Of a stretch of DNA of 64,000 nt, positions 34,871-48,485 are shown in pieces; position 1 is the first letter of the stretch, and the number at the start of each line of letters is the position of its first letter. Under the pieces are notes generated by a model that saw only the letters and a program-made list of their open reading frames with translations, made no database searches and was not told the origin of the DNA. The position numbers were made by a program, and so were the translations under genes. This DNA comes from Scyliorhinus canicula (lineage: Eukaryota): NCBI RefSeq assembly GCF_902713615.1, contig NC_052158.1:32529990-32593989 (forward strand). The letters are read 5' to 3'.

Positions 34871-37800
34871 TCCCGTCTTGACATTTGAAACATAACTATA
34901 TAATTTGGTTAATTGTCCCCCCATCCAATTGTACTAACATATATCCCCGATCTTTGTCATTTGTATGCATGTGTTGCAATTTTAAATTGTGCACCAATAT
35001 CAACTTGTATATGTATCCATATCTCAGACCAGTGTCGATAAGAGTCTTGTTCTTCTTCCTGAAGTCCAATTACCGTGAACCATAGCCATAGCCGCTCAGG
35101 AAGGTAACACAATTGCTTTCCGTGTGTTCTACTACCTCCAAAGCATTTTACTTCCTTGGGGTAGCAGCACCGTAGGAGCTTCCTCATGTCCCTTAGAAAC
35201 AGCACACAACTCAGTCCATCAGTAACCAAAAAGGTCTTTTGTCCATCACTGGCTGTTAGGTTTCCCATTTTTCCGTCATCCAAATTGCTTTCCGTTTCTC
35301 ATTGGAATGGTAATTATGATATCATGTACCACCCACTGATCCCCTTGCTTCATTAATTTAAAAGGTTCAATTGATCCTGCTTATATTCCTAACTTCCCCA
35401 CATTAATGTCTAACATTGTCGTGAACCATGTATATCTGCCAACCCCTGGTTTACATGAGAGAATATCTTTCTGACAAATTTCCTTCAAATCCCTTTCATC
35501 TGTCCTCATTTCCCTTACAACATGAAAGTGTATATTTTCCATTACAGCATTTGCAAAACCACATTGAACTGTCACTTTTCCAAATAAATTCTCCCTATTG
35601 TTAAATACACAGTAAAAAAAGAAATTAAGTCTTATCTTAACACATTATTCATTACCTAACCACACAAATAGACTGTGTGTTACAACTTTACATATTTTCA
35701 ACTGTTATCACAATTTAAATACCAGAAATAAGGTACAATATCGAAACATCCCTTCTTCTCTTTGGGACTAATAGTTATTACATATTAAATATGGCATATA
35801 AACAACATCAATATTATTTGTAATGTTCTATTTAGTTAAATTAAGAAAACACACTAAACTACCCCTCTATTAAAACACTCACACAGTTTAGAAATGCGGA
35901 TCAAGTTCTTTAACGGCACACATACCCCCCTTATCATATATATATATAGCAGTCCCTATCAATTTACATGAAATTTCTTTCTTTAATAACAATTACAGCT
36001 CTTCAATGCAATATTGTTTTGCTGCATTGGTAACAATTTTCCTGCCGTGGCAACAAGCTACAAAAATTCTTAAATGATTGTCATTTATCATGTTGAGGTT
36101 CCTCGTCAGTCGCCGCTGTCTGCCGAGACCCTTAATAACTCCACCGCGTAGTACATACCCCATTGAGACCACAGATCATCCATCAGCTAATGTCCAGTTA
36201 GAGATGTCTGACCGGAGGTTTCACTGTTCAGTAATAATTTGATATTTTGATTTGTTTCTAACCCATAAAGTTTTCCTCTGGGTTTTGGCATTTAATTCCC
36301 TCAAATATGTAGCCAATTGTATCATTAGTTTTCCCCCAATCCTGTCTAAAAAATTCTTCTCTGGAGTGTAGTTCTCTTCCTTCTTGTAAACTGGTTTATT
36401 TATTTTTTCCATCTGAAAAATCAAATGAACAGATCAAGGGTGGAGCGGGCCCTAATCTTTAATTTGTACTTTCTGTTTTCATTTGGTTAACCCAGAAGTG
36501 CCCTCTGCAGGACTTCCGGATTTCTTTTGCCACCATTTCTTTTTGAACTGGTTTATTTTCCTTATCATTGATGTACATCATACAATTAAAGCCTGTTAAG
36601 CCTCCTTCTGTCATTGCACCCCTGAGTGAGATTCGAAGAATCTCAAACTCCTCCTCTTTTGCTCACTCTGATCCAATCTGGTCAAAACCTTACCCTGATA
36701 CATTCCTGATACTGCTACTGCATTTACTTTAATTACTTTATTTTGATTACGACCGGATTTTTATGAAAGTAAGTTCCAAACATGACATTTTAACTTAACC
36801 ATCTGTCCAATCAATGCTGCTAACAGGTTTTAATTCACTGTCTTCCCACCAATTGGATCATGTGTTTTAATTGTGATACAATTTTATTTGCTCCAGACAC
36901 CATGCTTCTCTAATTCAACTGTATGAGTACCCAGATTCTGAATGATCTTATCTTATCTTTACATTTTACAGCTTCACTGATTATTTTCCTGCAGTTTTAG
37001 TTGGCAGCTTCACCCAAATTTCCTCTGTATTATCAATTGGTTTTAATATCTTAATTTTTCTGCATCAATGTGTATTAAATCTTTTCCTGCAATCAGATTC
37101 TCATTTCCTGATACTGCAATTAATTCTCCTAATCTAACTTCTGGTCCAATATTTTTATTCTCTAATGCTCCTTCTTCAATGTATTTAACATTGTAAATAA
37201 ACATCATTATTTCTGCTAGTGACTGTCGTGATCAGCGGGCACTAGGACCCTGCGGAGCCGTGCAGTGTCAATTTCTACGCAGCAGTTTCAAAGTCTGCAC
37301 CAGCTGACTGCTGCCAGTAAAAACTTCTATCTGTTTATTCTGAGACCAATTTAGGTCTGAACATACCGATTCACTATCCCATAATACTGATCACATTTCT
37401 GCCTGCCATTTATAACTTCCAATTTATGTGAAAATCGGCTTTACAAAATACAACATTTTTTAAAAATACAAACATTAAAAGAAATTCACAATTCCTTATT
37501 AGACATACACACGCTCATTCATCCATTCAGATCTTGGATCTTTACTCTGCAGGATTTCACAAATCCTTATTAAACACACATTTATCCACTGAGATCTTGG
37601 ACCTCGATTCAGTAGGGTTTTAGTTACTCTTAACAAAAATTGAGACCCCTCCATGCTGATAAGTTTCACTTCTGCAGGAGTTTTTTTTGCCTCTGTTAAG
37701 CTTTTCCACTCTTGTTTCATTGTTTCAACTCTCTTGACCATGTTTCAGAGCAAAAGGATTATTCTCATTGCCATTTTTCGGAATTCAAGTTCTGTTCCTG

Positions 37801-38508
37801 GTTGTCCCTTTCAGTTGCAATCTGAAATTAAGGATAAGTACCCTTTCTGGGCCCTATCCAAGGCTGACTAAGGCACTATCTTCCTGTTTTAGTTAAGGGT
37901 CGATTGGTTATTGGTCTCTGAAGATTCTAGGCGTCCCTATTTTCCAGAAAATTTCCGCACAATCTGCCTTACTCTAAGGACGATTTATTTTTTGGCCTCA
38001 TTTTACCAGTAATGGATGCAAGATTTTTAGTGCTGTCACCAAGATGTCTTGCAGACTTTCACTCAGGGTCAGCATCTTCTAGTCTGCTGATTCACACCCA
38101 ACCTGAGTTTCAGTCCCCTCGATCCACAGAATATCCTTACGAAAGTCAATCACACATGACTTTCCAGACTAAACTCGACAGGTAAAGTCTGACTCACACA
38201 TAGACCAGAAACTTCTAATATTCTAGCCTTTGTGCCGGTTAGAAACTTCTAATATTCCAACCGTTTCTTGGAAACTAGAAACTTCTAATATTCTAGCCCC
38301 TACTCTAGCCCCCATTCTGCTCAGCTAGAAACTTCTAATATCCTAGCCTCGCTTAACCTAGAAACTTCTAATATTCTAGGCCTCCACGCTGGATGCCAAG
38401 GAGAAAGCAAAAAAAACGGCTGGGCATAATTAACACAATGTTAACACGTCGGGTGCCATGTAGAAAATAAAGCTACCCACTAGGCATAATTAACAGGGTT
38501 TTAATAAA

Positions 38509-38521
38509 ACGTTGGGCGCCA
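38509..38521 (-). promoter_or_regulatory. Primer-binding site, tRNA-Lys1,2 type (TGGCGCCCAACGT)
   Basis: The first 13 bases match the Lys1,2 PBS used by foamy viruses, directly after the LTR end. Confidence 0.88.
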
Positions 38522-39593
38522 TGTTTTTGAAAACTCACCACTATTCTTAGAATTCCCCCTATACCAAAAAAGGGTCGATATTCTAAATGGTGAACAGGGA
38601 TTCTCACTCCCTGACTCCGATGCAGGCTTCGGTGGGTGCCATTCAGGTCAAACTATATTTTCAAGTTATTCCCCGGTATAACCCATACCTTCACCGAAGA
38701 TTTTATCTACTTACCACTTAGTAGCATCGATGTCCTGGGTCCTGCATTGCTAAGTAAGTAACGTAGACTTTCAGGAATAAACCACTTTTTCAGGTTAAGT
38801 TAAGTTATTTTATTATTATATTTTTTCTTTTAAAAGTTGCAAACACTTTCTTTACAGAAAGGTAAAAAGGTCTTGCTTCTAGATCCTTCCTGTTGGTTGA
38901 AGGGACCTTCAGGCCCACCTTGACACTCAATCTTCTTTAAAATCTGGTCTTCTTGGGATGTATTCACTGGTTAGCTCTGTTGCTGTGTCTTGTTGATCCA
39001 TTTACTGAACTATAAGAGCTAACTCTGCTAGCTATCTCTAAGCTGACTCTGACTCCTGTTTAAATTCTAGTCTTCCTTAGATGTATAACTGTTTAAACTC
39101 GGCTGCTTGCCTTGTCTTTCCCATGACCGAGCTCTCTCTCTCTCTCTCTCTCTCTGAGTTCTCCTCCCCTTCTCTCCTGTTGCTGTTGCTCTGCTCTGTG
39201 GTTGTTGCTGCTGCTCCCTGGGTTTATATTCTCATTCTAACAATTATTAAGTTTTTAGAGCCTTATTGTAAATTAACTTATTTCCCTTTGATTGTTAAAA
39301 AGTATCTTTGATGTAAACATTTGAATACAACTAATTATTCATTTTGGGCATAACGTCACCTCAGATCTGATTACATTATCCTTTGTGATGTTCAAAGTTC
39401 CTTTGGTTTCAATAGGTGTTACCTCCACTTCTGTGCTTTCGAATTGCTTAATTTTCCAATTGTCCCCAGCTCATAACTTTGCCTTTGCAGCTGCTATTAA
39501 CCTTTTGTGGGATCTTTCCCTGTATCTTCTCAGACCAGATTTTGCCAGACTTCCATGTTTCAAATGACACATTTTTCTGTATTTTCAAGAACA
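38522..39593 (-). repeat. 5' LTR of provirus 2 (1072 bp)
   Basis: Direct repeat of 33417-34870. Confidence 0.9.
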
Positions 39594-40310
39594 CAGTGTT
39601 CTACTTGTGACACTAATAAAGATGATTATAAATGGCTCATCAAGAGATTCCCTGTAATGCCCGTATCTATTTCTGTGGATTTGCCTTCTCGCTTGGAATA
39701 TACAAAGAATGGGTTAAACACTACCTGAAAAACTGCCCCAGCTGTCTGTTGATATGTATGTTCTGTGAGAAAGAATGGTGGAAGTTTGTGTGAAAGCATA
39801 TTCATAGCAGTCCTGCAAATAGCCATTTTTGGAGGTATCTCTTTCTCTCTCCCTCTGACCATGAATGCCAGCCAAACGAGCAAGGTCTACGGTTCAGAAA
39901 GGGAACTGGAAGTTTCTCCGCGATACTACAGAACATTGGATTCACAAAACCAACTGTTGGCCTGATGAAGTCAACTCTACTGAAACTTTGAAACTGACTA
40001 TTCCCTCAGTGAAGCCAACACAACTGGAATCTCAAAATCACAATGGCCGAAGCACTCAATCTCCAGCACATCATGAGTCAAGGACTCTTTTGTATATTGT
40101 TTTGTTAAATCTGCTCACTTTGAATTCAATTCTCCCTTCAAATCTGCATGAAAGCATTGGTATGGTTTTACCTTTTTCTTGCCTTTAGTAGTTAATAAAA
40201 AATACTCACACTACCTTTCAATCAAGAAAGTCTAGTTAAATTGACTCCTTTTAAAATTTAACTATTGAATGTGGGGGAAAAGCTTATCTCAAAGAGGGAC
40301 CCTCTTTAGG

Positions 40311-41033
40311 TGTTACGACACCCTGGCTAGTTTGCGGTCAGTTCCAGCCCCACTTGACCTGGAGTCCCAACAATCTTCAAATTGCCTCTTAATTTAAAAA
40401 GTACCCGAAGTCTTTGGTCTTCAGCTGCCCTCAAGGTTTGTAAATTTAAACACAATTAATTTTATTAATAGCAATAACTAATCAAATAGGAAACAAATAC
40501 AGCTGGTGAACTACTATCTAATTTATAACCCCCCTGCCCCTTTAGCTCACCCCACCCCCTACACACACAAAACCGTTAAACACAGAGGGAAAGAGGAAAG
40601 AGGGGTGAAAAATAATACTTAGAAAGGATAAAAGTCTCTTTCAGATGCACGTCTTCCACTTGGATCACTCTTCAATCCAGGCCTCCAGTTGGATGTATAT
40701 GCTTTCAGTCTGTAATGCTTTTCACTGTAGATTCATCAGGGTCTCAGGACTTCTCTGCAGACTCACAAATAGCAGACAGGAAACAGCTGAAATAAAGAGA
40801 GAGAGAGCAACACAGCCTCTGTTCTCAATGTCCAGCAGCTTTCTGGATTCTCTGAAATCCCCACCTCGCAGGGCCCAATCGCTGTCTCTTGCTGGGCAGG
40901 ATACTGCACTTGGTCAGTTCATTCACTGACAGCTAACCAATTGGGCCAAATCCCTCCAATCTTTTGAGGGCCAAAATATGATTTCTTCTGCTCAAAATCT
41001 AAATCCTCATAGCACAGTGGATTGTTTTGTAAC
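40311..41033. mobile_element. Solo LTR-like element
   Basis: Starts TGTTACGACACCC and is related to 10554-11690. The right end and TSD are not resolved. Confidence 0.5.
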
Positions 41034-41247
41034 TTTTGAGTTCCTAACTCAAAACGTTGCTGTGTTTCTCTCTCCACAGATGCTACCAGATCTGCTGAGT
41101 TTTGTTTAAACATTCCATGTGAATGCGTGTTTGTGTATTGTGTGTTTCTGTGTATGTGCATCTGTATGTTTCTGACAGCCATTGATTGATTCTGTGCATA
41201 TTTGTGCATGTTTGCGGCCGGTGTAATTTTGTCCAAATTGACTCCCT

Positions 41248-43425
41248 ATCCATAGATACATAGATACATTAAAGATAGGAGCAGGAGGAGGCCTTTTGGC
41301 CCTTCGAGCCTTCTCGGCCATTCATCACGATCATGGCTGATCATCCAACTCAAGAGCCTAATCCTGCTTTCTCCCCATAGCCTTTGATCCCATTCTCCCC
41401 AAGTGCCAAATTCAGCTGTCTCTTGAATATACTCAAAGTTTTAGCATCAATTACGTCCTGTGGTAATGAATTCCACTGGCTCACCACTCTTTGTGTAAAG
41501 AAATGTCTCCTTACCTCTGTCCAAAATGGTTTACACTGAATCCTCAGGATGTGACCCCTGGTTCTGGACACATCATTGGTAACATCTTCCCTGTATCTAC
41601 CCTGTCGTCCTTTTAGAATGTTATAAGTCTCTATGAGATCCCCCCTCATTCTTCTCAACTCCAGCAAGAACAATCCCAACCTAGTCAATCTCTCCTAATA
41701 TGACAGTCCCGCCATCCCTGGAATCAGCCTGGTAAACCTTCACTGCACTCCCTCAAGAGCAAGAACATGCTTCCTCAGAGAAGCAGACCAAAACTGCACA
41801 CAGTACTCCAAGAGTGGCCTCACCAAAGCCCTGTACAATTGTAGCAACTCATCCATGTTTCTATGCTCGAAACCTCTTGCAATGAAGGCCAACATACCAT
41901 TAGCCTTCTTTACCACCTGCTGCACCTGCACGCTCACCTTCAGTGAATGGTGCACAAGGACACCCAGGTCCCGCTGCACACACCTCTCTCCCAATTTATA
42001 ACCATTCAGGTAGTAATCTGTCTTCCTGTTTTTGCTTCCAAAATAAATAAACTCGCACTTATCCAATTTATACTGCATCTACCATTGGTTTGCCCACTCG
42101 CCCAACCTGTCCAGATCTTGCTGTAGGATCCCTGCATCCTTGTCACAATTCACCCTCCCACCCAACTTGGTATCATCTGCAAACTTTGAGATGTTACATT
42201 TTGTTCCCTCATCCAAATCATTAATATATATTGTGAATAGCTGGGGTCCCAGCACCAATCCCTGTGGTACCCCACTGGTTACTGCCTGCCAATTTGAAAG
42301 GGGTCCATTAATCCCTACTCTTTGTTTCCTCCCCGCTAACCAGTTTTCTAGCCACCTCAGTACATTTCTCCCAATCCCATGCGCTTTAATTTTGCACAAT
42401 AATCTCTTAAGCAGGACTTTTGTCAAACACCTGCTGAAAGTTCAAATATACCACATCGACTGGCTCTCCCTTGTCGACTGTACTGGTTACCTCTTCAAAG
42501 AATTCCAACACATTTTTCAAGCATGATTTTCCCTTCATAAATCCATGCTGACTCTGACTGATCCTGCCATTGCTTTCTAAATGTTCCACTATAAATTCCC
42601 TGATAATGGATTCAAGCATTTTCCCCACTACCGATGTTAGGCTTACTGGTTTATAATTCCCTGCTTTCTGTCTATCTCTCTTTTTGAATATTGGAGTGAC
42701 ATGAGCTACCCTCCAATCTACAGGGACAGTTCCAGAGTCTATAGAATCCCGTAAGATGACCACCAATGCATCTACTATTTCCCGAGGGACCTCCTTAAGC
42801 ATTCTGGGATGCAGGTTCTCAGGCCCTGTGGGATTTATCCGCCTTCAATCCCATCAGTTTTCCCAGCACCATTTCTCTACTAATGTTGATCTCCCTCAGT
42901 TCTTCCCTCTCACTAAACCTTTCATTCTCCAACATTTCTGGGATCTGATTTGTGTTCTCATTTGTGAAGACAGAACCAAAGTATGTATCCAATTGCTTAG
43001 CCATTTCTTTGTCCCTTATTATGCATTCCCCTGTTTCTGTGTGTGGGGGGCCTACATTTCTCTTTACCAATCTCTTTCTCTTCGCATGTCCATAGAAACT
43101 CTTAGTGTAGGTCTTTATGTTCCCTTCAAGCTTCCTTTTGAACTGCACTTTCCCCTTCTTAATCAATCCCTTCGCCCTTCTTTGCTGAATTCTAAACTGC
43201 TCCCAATCCTCAGTCATATTATTTTTCTTGGCCAATCTGTATGCTTCTTCCTTGTATCGGATACTGTTTCTAATTTCCTTTGTAAGCCATGGATTGGCCC
43301 TCTTACCCCCTTTGTTTTTGTGTCAGACAGTAATGAACAGTTTCTGTTGTTCCTCCATGCGTTCCTTGAATGTTTGCCATTGTCTATCCACTGTCATCCC
43401 TTTTAAGTAACTCTCCCGTCTGCTA
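41248..43425 (-). mobile_element. CR1 LINE, 5'-truncated (late endonuclease, RT and 3' end), frameshifted
   Basis: AGNYKPVSLTSVVGK, GVPQGLVLGP, KFADDTKLGG and FFTQRVVSQWNSLP on the - strand. Confidence 0.92.
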
Positions 43426-44496
43426 ACATGCAAAAGTCTCGCTTAGAATATCCCAAAACCCAAAATATATTATTTACAGCGAAGAGCTGGATGTCGTGAC
43501 TCCTCTGTGAGTTCCCTACACGCTCTAGAGGACGGAATTTTCCCACCGCGCCCGCCGTGACGTTTTAAATTCCTGCTCAACCCATGTTTAAATGGTCAAC
43601 CGCATTTTCCGGCTGGACCGCGGCGGTTCCTGTGTCGGGATGGATTGGCAAAATACCCATCTTTATAAAAACAGCTTTTGTCCTGCACACATACAATATA
43701 GTAGCTGCTCCAAGCCAGTGTCCTTTGCTTAGGAAAAGTGTCATTTTCAAAAAAATGAAAGCATGTTTGTTCGGATGCTGACAATGAAAAATAAGATACG
43801 TTCTGTTAATATTTTATAGAACGCATCTTCCTAATAATACTGAGTAAAGAAAGATTGTAAATTGCAGAGACAGTGGCCATAATTTTGCAAACTTCCTTCG
43901 ACTCAGTTGTGTCAGAGGATTTGATAATTTCAAATGTTACATCCTTGTTCAAAACGGGTGAGCCCACAAACACAGTGCAGTCCTTTTAACCTTGGTGTGG
44001 GGGAAAAGTTTAGAAACAATAACCTGGAAGAAATGTAAGAATCAGTTGTAGAAATGTACAGCAATAAAGGAATGCAAGCAAGGATTTGCTTTTTAAAAAA
44101 AGTCAAATCGCGTTTAACTAATTTCCTTGAGTTTTTATTTGGTGAGTTAACGAGTTAACATGAAGTTGCTGCTGTCCATGTATGTCCATGTATGCTGTCC
44201 ATGGACTTCAAAAGAGATGGATAGTAACTCATTACACCTGCTGAGTGTCAGGAAACGAAGCATTGGTGAATGGCTGATTTTCGGATTAGATGTTTCAGCG
44301 CGTCTTTCATGTATACCGCATGTTGCAAAATAATTTAATCTAATTCAAACTTGCTTCCAATGTTACATTTAATAGAAGTCCCATTGATCCATAATCTGAC
44401 ACAATGAACATGTTACTCACTTATGTTTTGGATGTACATTATGATAGTCACCATCATCCGTATGTCACGCTCATAAAATTCCGCTTGTAACCTTGT

Positions 44497-45594
44497 TCAA
44501 CCCGTTGCACCAATTTTCTTGTGCTGACACGTGAGAAGGCTTTGAAGGTTTTCTTGAAGATAGGATTGCACAGTGTGTAGCCGGCTGGGTTGATGTACCA
44601 GAGCTGGTATCCAATCGTCCAGACTTTGTAGGGGATGAAACTTGAGTAAACGGTGTCAAAGAGCACCATGACATTGTATGGGGTAAGAATTTCTAATATG
44701 GGCCTACTCACCATCTTCTCTCGCGACAGACCTCCCGTCTTCTTAGCGTGGTGTCGGTCACTTTAATAATCATATTGTGTGCTCTGATCTCGCCGTTATT
44801 TCCACTCATACCCCCTGATATCTAGCACCATTATTGTCGCGATGCCACAATGGTGTTTGTTTTGAAATTTGCGACAGTGAGTTTGGAGTTTCTGAAACAG
44901 ATTTGTGGTGGAGACGGCTGTGCTCTCTTTCCTTTCCTCCCCCCCCTTTCCTCCTTCTGCTGTGATGGCACCACACTGGGGGAAGTTGACTCGTTGGAGA
45001 GCTACTTCTCCTCTTGGCCACACTTATCAGTTATTATTTCTCCAGATATTTGTCACTTTGTAGTCTGTCGCGTGGAGAACTACGAGGAACATTTAATAGG
45101 TTGTTTTCATTCGGCTCCATTATGTTGTTCTCAACCACACAATAAGAAGCGATACCTTTGCACGATTGAGACATTTTTATTTCCGTCTATTCTACTCTTG
45201 CTAACAGGAGATATTTACACAGGAGACATTTGTCATGATGGTCAGGCAAAGGTTAAAACAAGCTATAGCAGTGCCTGGTGTGATAGCGGGATTTGAGAGG
45301 AATTGCACATAACACGGACCCTCACTGAATGCCCGCTCCCCTACGATGAAGAGCCAGAAGAGAATGGCAGGCGTGCACAAAATGAAGGAAAGCAGCCAAA
45401 CAGCTACGAGCATCATTCCTGCCATCTTTGCTGCTCTATTCAAGAGGTAGCTGAGAGGCTTGGTCAGCAGAGGTAGCCTTTAACGGCAGAGGCGTTGGCA
45501 GAGGCGTTACTGCCAACATAATCTAGAGAAAGTAATGAATCATATACCATAGAGCCCAAATGCCAGTAGCCAATAACAGTGCAAATGGTGATTT
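44497..45594 (-). pseudogene. CHRM2-like: Muscarinic acetylcholine receptor M2-like pseudogene (TM2 end to stop)
   Basis: TVIGYWHLGSMVYD..LSLDYVGSNASA; [40 protein letters not shown]...[17 protein letters not shown]; ICL3 SNESTS; PYNVMVL...VWTIGY; KKTFK; after a shift [13 protein letters not shown]. Multiple indels and stops. Confidence 0.9.
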
Positions 45595-46469
45595 AGGGCC
45601 ACATGGTGGCACTGATGCCTCACAGAGCCAGGGACCCGGGGTCGATTCCGCATTCCGGAGAGAACGTGCCACCCAGACAGTGCCAGAGACAGTCGCCCAA
45701 GCCTGATATCGAAACTGGATGCCTGGCGCTGTGATGCAGCAGTAGCAGCGCCCACTCCTCGCTGCCCATCCCACAAACAATCCCAAATCCCCGTTATTCC
45801 CATTGGCTGAGCTTAATGCCTCCGCATGGCAGGGCAAGGCAGGAGTGCAGCCTGGATTGAACATGTTGGTGTATGGCGGAAAGCACATGATGAAACATAG
45901 CAAGGTTTGAAAGATTACCACGTGATATGACATGAAAGACGAGTTCTACATGAAATATCAGCATCGCCCTGTTGTTGATTTCCACTCTGCCTAGCCTGCC
46001 CTGCATTGTCGGCAGTTCTTGCTTATTTTTCTGCTGTTTCTAATCTTGCTGCGAAGTTGGTCACAAATTGCGATTGACGTTTGCATGAATTCAGTATTGT
46101 AGTTAAGTTCTTCGAGAATCCATTAAAATGGGCGCTTCACCATCACTTCTGAACAACTGGACGGAACAATTAGCACGTGAATTACTTCCACTGAGCAGTA
46201 AATCATCAGTCCGTTCACCCTTTAATTTGAATATTTCACACTCTTAATGTTAGTTTTGACCTTTTTCCGCTTCAGTTAACGACTGCACCAGTAAATTGTT
46301 CAAGAATTATTGGATTCTTTAAAAATGTTCATTAATTACTTCCTGTCGCTGTCGTGTTTCCTTGGAACTCAGTGTTGTTAACGATTTAGTCCCCTTTTCT
46401 GAGGCAATATATTGTGGCGTTGGAGGCTGTCCCGTGAAGGCTCACTGGGTTGATCCCAGTTACTGAAGG

Positions 46470-46915
46470 ATTTTAATATGAGGTGAGGTTGAATAGATTG
46501 GGCCTTTACTTATTGGCATTTGGAAGAACGGGAGGCGACCTTATTGACCCATATAGGATTCTCAGGCGGCTTCACACGGTAAATGCTGAGAGGATGTTTC
46601 CCCTGGTGGGATGGTCTCGGCCCAGAGAGCATAATCCTAGAATTAGGACATTTCAGACAGAAACTAGGAGGAATTTCTTCTCCCAGAGGGCAGGGGATCT
46701 GTGCAATATTCTTTACTGCGGAGGGCTGTAGAGGCGGGGTCATTAAGTGTTTACAAGGCTGAGATAGGTTTTTAGTCAGTAAGGCAATGTGGATAAGGCA
46801 GAAAAGTGGGGTTGAGGCTTTCCATGTCAGCTCAGTAATTACCTCATTAAATGGTAGAGTGGACTGGATGGGCCGAATGGCCTACTTCTGCTCCTACGTC
46901 TCACGGTCTTATGGT
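46470..46915 (+). mobile_element. CR1 3' fragment
   Basis: RLNRLGLY...GGDLI...RRNFFSQRA motif and 3' UTR. Confidence 0.85.
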
Positions 46916-47929
46916 CTTGTGCTCCTATTCCCCTCCCTTTTTTTCGACAGTGTTCCCTGACAGATCGGACCAGCACTTGATCACACGCCGATTATTTTTA
47001 TAATTTCAACAAGCAATTTGCCACGGTATCCCTAACGAACTAGTGCACAATGCATTGTAGCAGTCTGTCGTCAGCGATCCATGCACACAGGTTTGACCAC
47101 GTGCAACCAGCCTTTGCCAGGGGAAACGTACCTTTTCTCAATTAGATAAATGAGGGTTATTCTCGGCTACCAACTTCAGAACTAATGGCAAAGAGTCCAA
47201 CTGACTCTGAGAGTTTATTTTAGAACGACGAAGTTACCCATTACAGTTAAAATAAGAGCAGCATTTTCTTTTGTGTCTAATGTTTTGTGATCCACCCAAT
47301 GAATAGCAACTATTTAATTTCTCTCTTGTAAAAACTAAATTCATCCTGAAGGAATTTGGTATTTTTTATTTACTCATTTGCTTTCTGCGAGTATACTTCA
47401 ATGCGGTTGGCTACTTACCCTGCTTGATCACACATGGGTATCCCCTTTGTTTGGTGCCAGATTCAAATTGGAAACAGGAAATGTGGGGAAATCCACACCA
47501 CAGTGGTCACTGCATCTTTGCAGCAGTTTTCTTCGACATCATTCCTTTCCGAGGGCGGACTTAAAACACACCAGTTCTGTAAATCTCGAGCAATAATGTG
47601 TGTTTGTGGATTATGGAAAAATTGGGGAGCATTCCTGTTCCTACTGGCTCCACAGGTTGCATTTTGAAATGATACAGTACATGCTTTTTAGGTCACAGCA
47701 GCCGTTGAGAATTCCCTAACGAGACATGGCTTGTCCTTTGTACTTACTTATGAAATTTAACTTGGCACCTATCTTGGTACACCTGTAGAATAGTGAGATC
47801 CAAAATCAGTCGGAGGCTTTTCAAGTGCACATTGTACAGGGAACACTGCTCCCTGAGATTAGTCGTCATTGCCCGCGTTTCATTCCAAAAGAATGAGCAC
47901 AATAAGGCTCAATTTCTGTACTTTACATA

Positions 47930-48485
47930 GATTTTACAGTCCATAAGGAGGCCATTCGGCTCATCGAGTCTGCAGCAGCTCCTGGAAAGAGCACCCTACC
48001 CAAGGTTAACACCTCCACCCTATCCCCATAACCCAGTAACCCCACCCAACACTAAGTGCAATTTTGGACACTAAGGGCAATTTATCATGGCCAATCCACC
48101 TCACCTGCACATCTTTGGACTGTGGGAGGAAGCCGGAGCACCCGGAGCTTAATTCAGGAACACAAGACTTCAGTACTTTTTAGGAGTATGTTTTACAGAA
48201 ATATTTTTATTGGGTTTTCACATTTTGTATTTTATAGAACATAGAATATAGAACATACAGTGCGGAAGGAGGCCATTCCGCCCATCGAGTGTGCACCGAC
48301 CCACTTAAGACCTCACTTCCACCCTATCCCCCAATGACCCCTCCTCACCTTTTTGGTCACTGAGGGCAATTTAGCGTGAACAGTCCACCTAACCAGCACG
48401 TCTTTGGATTGTGGGAGGAAACCGGAGCACCCGGAGGAAACCCACACAGACACAGGGAGAACGTGCAGACTCCGCACAGACCTGC
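47930..48485 (-). mobile_element. Two adjacent truncated HE1-type SINEs (~47930-48145 and ~48235-48485)
   Basis: Reverse-complement SINE bodies (CCGGAGCACCCGGAG, GGCCAATCCACC). Confidence 0.8.

Larger units (their letters stand above)
33417..39593 (-). mobile_element. Foamy-like endogenous retrovirus (provirus 2), internally deleted, TSD CAGT
   Basis: LTRs at 33417-34870 and 38522-39593 with ends TGTTCTTGAAAA...TTTTCAAAAACA; CAGT at 33413-33416 and 39594-39597; tRNA-Lys PBS; protease-like GPEVRLGELIAVSGNENLIAGKDL; no intact pol or env. Confidence 0.88.

Noticed and set aside
43971-44000. CACAGTG heptamers (also ~11554, 17653, 28353, 41013) as V(D)J recombination signals
   Set aside because: None has a nonamer at 12 or 23 bp spacing, and no V/J segments are nearby.
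45794-46010. Hydrophobic minus-strand peptides (VVIFQTLLCFIMCFPPY) as CHRM TM1-2 or a P2Y-like TM6
   Set aside because: Does not align convincingly to muscarinic TM1-2, and is too short and frameshifted to assign without a search.
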